DNA from: Gemmatimonadales bacterium
GTDB taxonomy: Bacteria > Gemmatimonadota > Gemmatimonadetes > Longimicrobiales > Gaopeijiaceae
DNA: 64,000 nt
Assembly (NCBI GenBank): GCA_050485885.1
Contig: JBJHCG010000005.1
Coordinates: forward strand, 81,635-145,634
Direction: 5' to 3'
Both the position numbers and the translations under genes were made by a program. Of this stretch, positions 27,782-36,829 are shown in pieces (within the stretch, counting starts at the first letter, position 1; each line of letters starts with the position of its first letter). A model generated the notes under the pieces. That model worked only from the letters and a program-made list of their open reading frames with translations. It searched no databases and was not told the DNA's origin.

Positions 27782-29407
27782 ATGCGACGCTCCCTCCCCG
27801 CGCTCCTCGGTACGGCCCTCGCTCTCCTCGCCATCGGGTGCCAGGAAGCGCCTGTGGAGGAGGAACCCCGGGAGGACGTGGGGGAATCGCGGGTGGCCGA
27901 TCCACCCGGACTCCTTGTCTACGTTGTCGTGGACCAGCTTCGGGCCGATCTCCTGGACCGGTACGAGTCCGTCTTCACCGGTGGCTTCGCACGGCTCCTG
28001 GCCGAGGGCCTGCGCTTCCCGAACGCCACCTTCGACCACGCCCAGACCTCCACCGCTCCAGGGCACGCCGTGGCCTCCACCGGGACGCATCCCAACCGCC
28101 ACGGGCTCGTGGGGAACAACTGGCTCGAGGAGGAAAACGGGGAATGGATCTCGGTCTACGCCCTCCGCGACACGGATTCCCCCGTGGTCGGCTTTCCCGA
28201 CATGGAGGGCCGAGGGCCCGCCAACCTCGACCGGTCCACCCTGGGCGAGTGGATGCAGGCGACCTACCCGGAGGCCCGCGTCGTGTCCCTCTCGGCCAAG
28301 GATCGGGCCGCCATCGCCATGGCCGGACGGGCGCAGGGGCACGTGTACTGGATGGAGGAAGCACTGGGCCGCTTCGTGACAGGGGCCTTCTACGGGGAGG
28401 CGTACCCGGCCTGGCTGGAGGCCTTCCATGACGACGTCCTCCCCTCGATCTGGTCCGACACGATCTGGAGCTCCACGATCCCGCAGTGGGCCGTCGAACT
28501 CTCCCGTCCGGACACCTTCCGCTACGAGGGCGACGGGGTGAACACCTACTTCCCCCACCGGGCTTCCCGGGAGGCCTCGGGCGCGGATGTCCGGGCCCTC
28601 AATCAGTGGCGCGGGCGGGGCCCGTGGCCCGACGAGGCCGTGTTGGCACTGGCACGCGAGGCGGTGGAGGCCCTCGAACTGGGACGAGGCGCGGCCCCCG
28701 ACCTTCTGGCTCTGGCACTCTCCCAGGTGGACCGGGTCGGCCACGACTACGGGCCCCTCTCGAGAGAGCAGCTCGACAACCTTCTCCGGCTGGACCGGGC
28801 GCTGGGCGAGTTCCTGGACGTTCTCGACGAGACGCTGGGGCCCGATGGATGGATGCTGGGGCTCACGGCCGACCACGGGGTGATCGAGCTCCCCGAAGCC
28901 CGGGCCGCCCTGGGGCTCCATGGGCGGCGGATCTCCCCCGACGAACTGGATGCACTGGTGACTGCGGCGGAGGGGGCAGCCGAGGCCGCGGGCGACAATC
29001 CGGTGGACCGCGCCCGCGCCGCCGCCCGAGCCGCGATGGAGGCCGACTGGGTGGAGGACGCCTTCGCCTTTCGCGATCTCCTCTCCGCCGGCCCCGCCGA
29101 CACCCTGCAGGCCCTTTTCGTGCACTCCTGGCACGAGGCGCGGCGGCTCCCTCCCCTGGGTCACCTGGGGGTCGGGATCCGGACGGTGGAGGGAGCCTAC
29201 TCGGGGCGCTACCCCAGGGGCACGGGGCATGGGAGTCCGTACTACTTCGACCGCCATGTCCCCTTTCTGATCCGCGCCCCGGGGATCTCGCCCGGAGTGG
29301 AGACGCGGCGCGTGTCCGTCGTGGACATGGCCCCCTCCCTGGCCGCACGGCTCGGGGTGGGCATTCCGGAGGATCTGGACGGCGCGGACGTGCTCCGGGA
29401 CCGCTGA
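27782..29407 (+). CDS. alkaline phosphatase-family lipoprotein, nucleotide pyrophosphatase/phosphodiesterase (PafA-like, PF01663-type)
   Basis: The lipobox is LLAIGCQE. YVVVDQLRADLLDRY and GTHPNRHGLVGN are type I phosphodiesterase / NPP signatures. The start is ATG 27782, or 27776. Confidence 0.8.
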   Translation: MRRSLPALLGTALALLAIGCQEAPVEEEPREDVGESRVADPPGLLVYVVVDQLRADLLDRYESVFTGGFARLLAEGLRFPNATFDHAQTSTAPGHAVASTGTHPNRHGLVGNNWLEEENGEWISVYALRDTDSPVVGFPDMEGRGPANLDRSTLGEWMQATYPEARVVSLSAKDRAAIAMAGRAQGHVYWMEEALGRFVTGAFYGEAYPAWLEAFHDDVLPSIWSDTIWSSTIPQWAVELSRPDTFRYEGDGVNTYFPHRASREASGADVRALNQWRGRGPWPDEAVLALAREAVEALELGRGAAPDLLALALSQVDRVGHDYGPLSREQLDNLLRLDRALGEFLDVLDETLGPDGWMLGLTADHGVIELPEARAALGLHGRRISPDELDALVTAAEGAAEAAGDNPVDRARAAARAAMEADWVEDAFAFRDLLSAGPADTLQALFVHSWHEARRLPPLGHLGVGIRTVEGAYSGRYPRGTGHGSPYYFDRHVPFLIRAPGISPGVETRRVSVVDMAPSLAARLGVGIPEDLDGADVLRDR

Positions 29408-29607
29408 GCTCGGGAAGGGATCCTGGCCAGTGAATGCCGCCCCCCCCGGCCCCGCCGGGGGCGGATGACCTTCCTCGGGGCCGCGCACCCCGGGTCGGGA
29501 GCCCCGGAGGGCGGGACCCTCGCGGGCCCCTCGGGGTCGTAGGGGCTTGGAGGGGAGGCCCTGGCCGGCTCCCCGCACCCCTCGCTTCTCCTCGCGCCCC
29601 CGGGAAC

Positions 29608-31257
29608 GTGCCCTTGAAAGCCGCCGATCTCTTCGTGCGCTGCCTCGAACGGGAGGGCGTGGAGGTGGTCTTCGCCGTTCCCGGCGAGGAAAACCTGGAC
29701 CTCCTCGAGGCGCTCCGAACCTCGAGCATCCGACTCGTGGTGACCCGTCATGAGCAGGGGGCCGGGTTCATGGCGGCCACCTGGGGACGCCTCACGGGAA
29801 AGCCCGGCGTGGCGCTGGCCACCCTGGGGCCCGGGGCGACCAACCTGGTGACCCCGGCGGCCTACGCGCAGCTGGGGGGCATGCCCATGGTGCTCATCAC
29901 GGGGCAGAAACCGATTCGGACGAGCAAGCAGGGCGCCTTCCAGATTCTCGACGTGGTGGGGATGATGGCGCCTCTCTCCAAGTACACCCGTCAGGTGGTG
30001 GGTGCGGCGTACCTTCCGGCCCGCGTGCGGGAGGCCTTTCGGCTGGCCGCCGAGGAAAGGCCCGGGACCACCCATCTGGAGATCCCGGAAGACGTTCTCC
30101 GCGACGAGGTGGAGGGCAAGCCGCTGGCCCCCAGCCGGCGCTGGGTCACGGTGGCGGACGAGGGGGCGGTCGAGGCGGCGGCCCGCCTTCTCGCAGGCGC
30201 CCGGAGCCCCCTCCTCGTGCTGGGAAGCGGGGCCAGCCGAACCCGGGTCTGCCACCGGCTGGCCGAGTTCGTGGAGACCTTCGGCATCCCCTTCATCACC
30301 ACCCAGATGGGGAAGGGCGTGGTGGACGAGACGAGCGACCGGTACCTGGGCACGGCAGCCCTCAGCGCGGACGACTTCGTGCACGCCGCCGTGGCCCGGG
30401 CCGACGTGATCCTCAATGTGGGGCACACGGTGGTGGAGAAGCCCCCCTTTCTCATGGAGGACAACGGGGTCCAGGTCATTCATCTGGACATCGCGCCCGC
30501 CCAGGTGGACCCGGTCTACTTCCCCCAGGTGGAGGTGGTGGGTGACATTGCCGACGCCGTGGACCGCCTCATGGCCCGGCTCGAGCCGAGCCGGGGGTGG
30601 GACTTCTCCCATGTGGAGCCCCTCCGCCGGGCCTCACGGGAACACTTCGAGGCCCGTGCCGCCTCCGACGACCTCCCCCTCCGCCCGGAACGTCTCGTGG
30701 CGGAGGTGCGTCGCGCGCTCCCCCGGGACAGCATCGTCACCCTCGACAACGGGATGTACAAGCTCTGGTTTGCCCGGAACTTCCCCGCCCGGGAGCGCCA
30801 CGGACTCCTCCTCGACAACGCCCTTGCCACCATGGGGGCCGGGCTCCCCTCGGCCATGGCGGCGCGGATGGTCCACCCGGAGCGCCCCGTCGTGGCCGTA
30901 TGCGGCGACGGCGGTTTCATGATGAACTCCCAGGAGCTGGAGACCGCCGTCCGCCTCGGGCTCGATCTCGTGGTTCTCGTACTCCGCGACGACGGGTACG
31001 GAATGATCCGCTGGAAGCAGGAGGAAATGGGGTTCGCGGACTTCGGCCTGGACTACGGGAATCCGGATTTCGTGACCTACGCCCAGGCCTACGGCGCCCG
31101 GGGGCACAGGGTGGAGGCGGCGGAGGAGCTGGCGTCGCTCCTGGCCTCCACCCTGGACCGCCCCGGGGTGGATCTCATCGAGGTTCCGGTAAGCTACGCC
31201 GACGACCACCGGGTTCTGAACGAGGAGATCCCGGCACTGGCTCGCGCGCTTTTCTGA
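29608..31257 (+). CDS. thiamine-pyrophosphate enzyme, acetolactate synthase large subunit-like (orphan, no ilvN/ilvC nearby)
   Basis: An N-terminal TPP pyrimidine-binding domain (VFAVPGEEN), a central domain and a C-terminal TPP-binding domain (GDGGFMMNSQELETAV) are present. The start is non-ATG, either GTG 29608 or in-frame TTG 29614. Confidence 0.8.
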   Translation: MPLKAADLFVRCLEREGVEVVFAVPGEENLDLLEALRTSSIRLVVTRHEQGAGFMAATWGRLTGKPGVALATLGPGATNLVTPAAYAQLGGMPMVLITGQKPIRTSKQGAFQILDVVGMMAPLSKYTRQVVGAAYLPARVREAFRLAAEERPGTTHLEIPEDVLRDEVEGKPLAPSRRWVTVADEGAVEAAARLLAGARSPLLVLGSGASRTRVCHRLAEFVETFGIPFITTQMGKGVVDETSDRYLGTAALSADDFVHAAVARADVILNVGHTVVEKPPFLMEDNGVQVIHLDIAPAQVDPVYFPQVEVVGDIADAVDRLMARLEPSRGWDFSHVEPLRRASREHFEARAASDDLPLRPERLVAEVRRALPRDSIVTLDNGMYKLWFARNFPARERHGLLLDNALATMGAGLPSAMAARMVHPERPVVAVCGDGGFMMNSQELETAVRLGLDLVVLVLRDDGYGMIRWKQEEMGFADFGLDYGNPDFVTYAQAYGARGHRVEAAEELASLLASTLDRPGVDLIEVPVSYADDHRVLNEEIPALARALF

Positions 31258-31340
31258 GTGACGCCCGCGCCCACCCGCGGCGACGCCCGCGCCCCCTTTC
31301 GAACCTCCCCCTCTACCGCACCGGGGCGGCGCCCCCGCCC

Positions 31341-32660
31341 TCAGGCGCCGGTGCCGATGGTTCCTCCCACTTCCTTCGAGGGGGAATCGCCGGGGGCTGA
31401 GGCCCCCGACCCTGCATTCTGCGCCACGCCCCGGAGGAGGCCGGCAAGGTCGACGCCCGCCATTCCGCCGAGCTGTTCCATGAAGGCGTAGGCCCCGTTC
31501 ACCCGCTGATTCACGGCGTTGGCGGCCCCGCGTCCATCGCCCTGGTCCACGACCACGAGGCGGTCGATGTTCACCCCTTCCACCGCATCGACCGAGGTCC
31601 GGAGCATCTCGGGGAGCTTCTCCAGCGCCAGGACCTGAACGGCGCTCTCACCCCCGTTCTTGATCTCGGCGAAGATCTCGCGGAGCGCCTGGGCCTGGGC
31701 CCGTCCCCGCTCCAGAATCGGCGCGGCTGCGGCCCGGGCCTCCTCCTCGGCAGCACGACGGGCGGCCTCGGCGGGCTCCACGACATCGGCCTGGAGACGC
31801 TTCCGCTCCAGTTCGATACGCTCCTCCTCAAGGCGGCGATTGGCCATGGCCTCCTCCCTCCGGGCCTCGGCCACCGCCACGAGTTCCCGGGACTCGGCCT
31901 CCTGGTTGAGCTCGGCCCGGCGCACGCGGAGCCGGTTCTGGGCCTCGGCGATCTCGATGTCGGCCAGGGCCCTCGCCGTTTCGGCCCGCCGGTCGGCCTC
32001 GGCCTGCTTCTCCCGGGTCTCGGCCTGGGCCTCGGCCTCCGAAACCTCGGCATCGCGCACCACCTCCGCTGTCTTTCTCCGTCCCACCGCCTCCAGATAC
32101 CCTACCTGGTCGCTCACATTCTGAATGCGGAGGGTGTCGAGGGTAAGGCCGAGCTTCTGGAAGTCATCGCCGGCTTCTTCCGCCAGGTGGGATGCGAAGG
32201 CGTTCCGGTCCTCGTTCACCTCTTCGGGGGTGAGCTGGGCGAGGACGCCGCGGAGGTTGGCCGCCAGCGTCTCACGGGCCACCTGCTCGATCTGGCGCCG
32301 TTCCCTCCCCAGGAGGCGTTCGATGGCGTTGGCGAAGGTGGAATCGGGGTCGGAGGCGATCTTCACGTTGGCCACGGCCTGGATGTCGAGGGGAATGTTC
32401 CCCCGCGAGTACGCGTTCCCCACGGTAATGTCGAGGGGGATGTTCCCGAGGGAGATGTACTCGACCTTTTCCAGAATGGGGATGCGGATCGTCCGACCCC
32501 CGATGACGGTGCGGTAGCCTCGTTCGCTTTCCCGGTTCCTCCGCCCGGTGATGATGGCGGCCGTGTTCGGCGGTACGATGATGATGAGTCGGCTCACCGT
32601 GACCACGAGGGCAATGATGGCGAACAGGGCGACGAAGCCGAGCGAGATGGCGATTTCCAT
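31341..32660 (-). CDS. flotillin-like SPFH/band-7 protein (YqiK/FloT-like)
   Basis: An N-terminal TM segment is followed by an SPFH domain and a long EA-rich coiled coil. The ATG at 32660 is preceded by AAGAAAGAGGTG at 6-nt spacing. The upstream NfeD-like gene gives the classic yqiJ-yqiK pairing. Confidence 0.85.
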   Translation of the reverse strand: MEIAISLGFVALFAIIALVVTVSRLIIIVPPNTAAIITGRRNRESERGYRTVIGGRTIRIPILEKVEYISLGNIPLDITVGNAYSRGNIPLDIQAVANVKIASDPDSTFANAIERLLGRERRQIEQVARETLAANLRGVLAQLTPEEVNEDRNAFASHLAEEAGDDFQKLGLTLDTLRIQNVSDQVGYLEAVGRRKTAEVVRDAEVSEAEAQAETREKQAEADRRAETARALADIEIAEAQNRLRVRRAELNQEAESRELVAVAEARREEAMANRRLEEERIELERKRLQADVVEPAEAARRAAEEEARAAAAPILERGRAQAQALREIFAEIKNGGESAVQVLALEKLPEMLRTSVDAVEGVNIDRLVVVDQGDGRGAANAVNQRVNGAYAFMEQLGGMAGVDLAGLLRGVAQNAGSGASAPGDSPSKEVGGTIGTGA

Positions 32661-32666
32661 GCCTGG

Positions 32667-32678
32667 CACCTCTTTCTT
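32667..32678 (-). promoter_or_regulatory. Shine-Dalgarno-like RBS (AAGAAAGAGGTG) for flotillin gene
   Basis: The minus-strand sequence reads aagaaagaggtgccaggcATG, with 6-nt spacing to the ATG at 32660. Confidence 0.5.
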
Positions 32679-32756
32679 GATGGAACCTTCGTGATCAGGA
32701 AGGGCACCCGGCGCGAGCGGAGTGCCTGGGCGGAACGGAACCCTGCGGGAGCGGCT

Positions 32757-33383
32757 TCAGCCGCGTGCTTCCCCTTCCTCCAGTCGGGGCGGAGCGGGAC
32801 GATCCTGGGGAAGCCCCATCTGGTCGGCCTCCTCTTCTGTGACGGGGGCCACCTCGGCCACCCCGTCACGCATGGCAACCACGACCACGTAGCGCCACGC
32901 CTGTGCCTCGGCCGGGGTGGCAGCGTGAGGACGCGCCCGGAGCGCCAGGACCCGTCCACCGAGCCGGACCGAGACTTCGCCATTCCCCGACTGGGCCGCG
33001 AAGGGGATCACCACCCGCCCCGGTGCACCCACGAACTGGTCCTCCCCCCGGGTGAACCCCGACTCGGTGGAACGGAGGTACCCCATGATCCCGGCCACCA
33101 TGGCCGACACGGCCAGCGCCGAACCCGTGGCCAGGAGAGCGGTGAGCGCTGCGGTGGTCCCCATGGCCGAAAGGAGCCACCCGGAGGCCCCGAACACGGC
33201 AAGACCGTAGGCCAGGGTCCGGAAGGAAAGGGCCTGTTTCCATACGCCCACTTCGACGTTCACCGCATCGGAGGCATCGGCGAAGTCGTCGAGGGAGGCA
33301 TCGCCCTCGAAGAAGTCCCCCAGCATTCCGAGGAGGAGGAGTCCTCCCCCCAGGATCGTACAGAACACGTAGATGGGGAGCAT
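32757..33383 (-). CDS. NfeD-like membrane protein (YqiJ-like, OB-fold C-terminus)
   Basis: N-terminal TM helices and a C-terminal soluble beta-rich region are present, and it sits immediately upstream of the flotillin gene. Confidence 0.65.
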   Translation of the reverse strand: MLPIYVFCTILGGGLLLLGMLGDFFEGDASLDDFADASDAVNVEVGVWKQALSFRTLAYGLAVFGASGWLLSAMGTTAALTALLATGSALAVSAMVAGIMGYLRSTESGFTRGEDQFVGAPGRVVIPFAAQSGNGEVSVRLGGRVLALRARPHAATPAEAQAWRYVVVVAMRDGVAEVAPVTEEEADQMGLPQDRPAPPRLEEGEARG

Positions 33384-33619
33384 CCCCTGACCTCCGATGG
33401 AGCGTGACGGGAGCGCGGGCCCTGCCCCCCCTATACGGATCGCCGGGAAAACCCTTCACTTCCGGGCCGGCCCCCAACGGAAGCGCCGAGCCCGGCGGAC
33501 GCAAGGTCCGACGCATCGACCCTTGCGGGGGACCGGTCGGGCACGCATCGATGGAGAGGCTCCCCCGTCCCCGCGGGCCTCTCCCGACGGCCTGCGTCCC
33601 CCCTCCTCCCAATGCACCC

Positions 33620-35209
33620 ATGGCACGACCCTGCGCCCCCCACGCACCGCCCCCCCGCCGCCAGACCGCAGATCGGGCTTCCGCGCCCCGGTGGACGGTG
33701 AGCTTCCTCCTTGGCCTCTCCCTCCTCCTTCCCGCGGCAGGGGAAGCGCAGGAGGCTGAGGGAGCCCGGGCGGACCCGTCAGCCCAGGCAGCCGAGGTGA
33801 AACGCCCGGGCGACCCGCGACTCGACTCCCTTGCGGCTGAAGTGGACCGCCTCTTCGACGGGTGGCATCGTCCCGACGCCCCGGGGGGCGCGGTCCTCGT
33901 CACGCTTGGCGGGGAGGTCGTGCTTGCCCGGGGGTACGGAATGGCAAATCTGGAGCAGGGGGTGCCGATCCGTCCCTCCAGCGTGTTCGACATTGCCTCG
34001 GTGTCGAAACAGTTCGCCGTCTTCGCCCTGGCCCTTCTCGAGGCGGACGGGCTTCTCGGGTGGGACGATCCCGTGCATCGGCATCTTCCGGAACTCCCCG
34101 ACTTCGGACACGAGATCACCCTTCGCCATCTCGTGCATCACACGAGCGGGATCCGGGACTGGCCCGGCACCCTGGCCATGGCAGGGTGGGACTTCCAGGA
34201 CGTGATGTCGTTCGACCAGATCCTGCGCATGGCCTTCCGCCAGACCGAGCTCAATGCGCCGCCCGGCGAGGAGTACAACTACTCGAACACCGGGTACAAC
34301 CTCCTGGCCGAGGTGGTGGCCCGGGTGAGCGGGCAGTCGTTCCGGGCCTTCACCGACGAACGGATCTTCCGTCCCCTCGGGATGACCCGAACCCACTTCC
34401 ACGACGACCACACCGAGGTGGTGCGGGACCGGGCCGACTCCTACCGGCCCGCCCCCGGGGGTGCCCCCGGGTACCGGAATGTCGTGAACTCCCTCACCGC
34501 GCTGGGCTCGAGCTCCCTCTTCACCACGGTGGAGGACCTGGGGCGGTGGATCGCCAACTTCGAAGGGCAGAAGGTGGGGGATGCGAGGGTCTTCGCCCGC
34601 ATGCACGAGCGCGGAATCCTGAACGACGGGGACACCATTGCCTACGCCGGGGGGCAGAACCACGGACGGTTCCGGGGGAGCGCCCGGTGGAGCCACACCG
34701 GGTCGTGGGCGGGGTACCGGACGGTCCTCCTCCGCCACCCCGACGAGGGGTTCGCCGTGGTGGTGCTGGCGAACCGGGCCGATGCCAACCCCACGGCGCT
34801 GGCCAACCGGATCACCGAACTCTACCTGGGAGAAGGGCTGGATCCCCCCGTGGTGGCCCAGGGGGGCGCGCAGGGGGGCGCCGGCGGTGCCGGGGCAGGT
34901 GCCGGCAGCGCGGGAAGCGATGGAGGCGCGGGTTGGAGCCCCGATCCGGACGAACTCGCGGGCTACGCGGGATCCTACCGAAGCCCCGAAACCGAGTCCA
35001 CCTTCCACCTCGTCGTCACGGACGACGGTACCCTGGTGGCCCACCACTTCCGGACCGGGGCTCGGGTCCTGCGTCCGATCCAGCCCGATCGGTTCCAGGC
35101 CCCCACCCTGGGCGAGGTGCGCTTCGTGCGGGGCGAAGGGGGAGAGATCACCCACTTCACGGCAAACCAGCCCCGGGTGCACGGGCTTCGCTTCGACCGG
35201 GTGCGGTGA
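33620..35209 (+). CDS. secreted serine hydrolase, class C beta-lactamase/PBP-like family (PF00144)
   Basis: A signal peptide (FLLGLSLLLPAAGEAQE) is present. The canonical SxxK (ASVSKQF) and YxN (YNYSNTGYN) motifs are intact. A C-terminal extension of about 150 aa follows. The start is uncertain: ATG 33620 or GTG 33698. Confidence 0.8.
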   Translation: MARPCAPHAPPPRRQTADRASAPRWTVSFLLGLSLLLPAAGEAQEAEGARADPSAQAAEVKRPGDPRLDSLAAEVDRLFDGWHRPDAPGGAVLVTLGGEVVLARGYGMANLEQGVPIRPSSVFDIASVSKQFAVFALALLEADGLLGWDDPVHRHLPELPDFGHEITLRHLVHHTSGIRDWPGTLAMAGWDFQDVMSFDQILRMAFRQTELNAPPGEEYNYSNTGYNLLAEVVARVSGQSFRAFTDERIFRPLGMTRTHFHDDHTEVVRDRADSYRPAPGGAPGYRNVVNSLTALGSSSLFTTVEDLGRWIANFEGQKVGDARVFARMHERGILNDGDTIAYAGGQNHGRFRGSARWSHTGSWAGYRTVLLRHPDEGFAVVVLANRADANPTALANRITELYLGEGLDPPVVAQGGAQGGAGGAGAGAGSAGSDGGAGWSPDPDELAGYAGSYRSPETESTFHLVVTDDGTLVAHHFRTGARVLRPIQPDRFQAPTLGEVRFVRGEGGEITHFTANQPRVHGLRFDRVR

Positions 35210-35492
35210 AGGAAGCCACACCGCCGTGAAGCTTCCAGAGCGGAAGGAAAGCCGGGGCGGGGGGTAGGGGTCCGGAGGTCGAATCCTCCGCCTTCACCTC
35301 CCGGGGGCTCCGACCCTTCCCCCGTGGCGTCACCCCCTGGTGCCGGGGGGGGCCGCCTGAAGCTCCCGGCCGTCCAGCGCCTTCACGCGGGGTGGGAGGG
35401 GAGCGACCGGAGGGGGCGGAAGGTCTCCTCCCCGGCCAGTCGCTGGCCGAACCCCTCCAGCGCGCCGGGCCAGCCCGTGGCTCCCCCCGGTC

Positions 35493-35514
35493 GGCGGAGG
35501 CATCCTCCTCCGCC
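35493..35514. terminator. GC-rich hairpin (ggcggagg-catcct-cctccgcc) 12 nt downstream of the Tat-epimerase stop, in convergent intergenic region
   Basis: An 8-bp perfect stem with a 6-nt loop, read directly. No U-tract follows, so intrinsic-terminator function is uncertain in this GC-rich genome. Confidence 0.3.
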
Positions 35515-35525
35515 GAGGGAGCCGT

Positions 35526-36704
35526 CTATCCCCGCCGGGACGCATGCCATGCAGCGAGCACCTCGGCCTCCCGCTCGGCGGACGCGCCGGCACGGAACGC
35601 AGCCTTTCGTTCCGCGCTTCGGGCGTGATGGAAATCGAGGGTGGCCTGGGTCGTATCGGCAAGGGAGCGGAAGGTGAGCCCGGCGGCCACCTCGCGCGTC
35701 AGGTCGAAGCGGGCAAACCCCTCCCACCCCGGGAGGTCGGCCGGGCGCCAGACCGGCATCTCCTGGTAGGGGCGGAAGCCATGCTCGGCCAGGAAGGTCC
35801 GGGGCACCCAGGTCCAGCGCAGCGGCATTGTCGTGACGGCGGCGATCCCGTGGAGGAACTCGGCCATGGAGCGACCGTTCTCTGGCCCGATCCCCATGAA
35901 GGTGCCGTGGATCCGGTCCTCGCAGAGGCGAACCGCCCACTCCGAGAGATCCCGAACGTCGATGACCTGCACCCGATCCCCCTCCGGGCTCCCGGGAGCC
36001 AGGATCTCGCCCCCGCGCTCGATCCGGACGGGCCAGTAGGTGAAGCGGTCGGTGTCGTCGTCGGGTCCGACAATGAGTCCGGGCCGAACGATCGTGGTGC
36101 GCGCCCCGAAGGCGGCCCGCGCCTCCTCCTCGGCCAGCGCCTTGGCCAACCCGTACGGATACGGGCGCCCCTCGCTCCAGTTCGGCGTCGTCTCGCGGGT
36201 GAGCACCGGCTCCTCCACGGTGGCCGGGACCCTGCGGATCTCCCGGAAGACGGAGCGGGTCGAAATGAAGAGGTACTGGTCCACCGCATCCCGGAGGAGC
36301 CCGGCCGAGTCCCGCACCCAGTCCGGCGCGTCGGCCCGGGAGGCCGAGTTGTCGATCACCGCATCCCAGCGCCGCCCCCGCAGCGCCGCGAGGTCCCCCG
36401 TCTCGCGGTCGCCGGCAAGCTCCTCCACCCCGTCGAACATCCCCGGCGCCGAGCGGCCGCGGTTGAAGACCGTGACCTCGTGGCCGCGAGCGAGCGCGTA
36501 GCGCACCATGTGGGGCCCGATGAACCCCGTGCCTCCGAGAATGAGGAGTCGGATGCGGCGGGGGCCGGTCCCGGTCGGGGGGTTGGAAGACGCCGCCGGC
36601 GAGGGGGCGGTGGCCACCGTGGTGAGCGACGCGGCGCCCCGGGTCAGGGCAGCGACCCCTCCGGCGAGAGCGGCCTGGCGAAGAAAGGTGCGGCGGGAGG
36701 TCAT
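35526..36704 (-). CDS. Tat-exported NAD(P)-dependent epimerase/dehydratase-family (NmrA/SDR-extended) protein
   Basis: The N-terminus carries a twin-arginine motif (SRRTFLRQAALAGGVAAL). A Rossmann GGTGFIG follows. Confidence 0.75.
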   Translation of the reverse strand: MTSRRTFLRQAALAGGVAALTRGAASLTTVATAPSPAASSNPPTGTGPRRIRLLILGGTGFIGPHMVRYALARGHEVTVFNRGRSAPGMFDGVEELAGDRETGDLAALRGRRWDAVIDNSASRADAPDWVRDSAGLLRDAVDQYLFISTRSVFREIRRVPATVEEPVLTRETTPNWSEGRPYPYGLAKALAEEEARAAFGARTTIVRPGLIVGPDDDTDRFTYWPVRIERGGEILAPGSPEGDRVQVIDVRDLSEWAVRLCEDRIHGTFMGIGPENGRSMAEFLHGIAAVTTMPLRWTWVPRTFLAEHGFRPYQEMPVWRPADLPGWEGFARFDLTREVAAGLTFRSLADTTQATLDFHHARSAERKAAFRAGASAEREAEVLAAWHASRRG

Positions 36705-36829
36705 GGGCGAGGGCGGGAGGTCGTGGGGAACGGTGCGAGGTCAGGGACGAGTCCGGGCCGTGAGGGCTCCGTCGAGGGGGGGCCAGCGGCGGGCACCACG
36801 GGCGGACCGTTCATCGGGGGGCGGACCGT

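Noticed and set aside
27689-29578. 629-aa minus ORF antisense to the PafA-like phosphatase
   Set aside because: The phosphatase frame has NPP family motifs and a lipobox. The antisense frame has no features.
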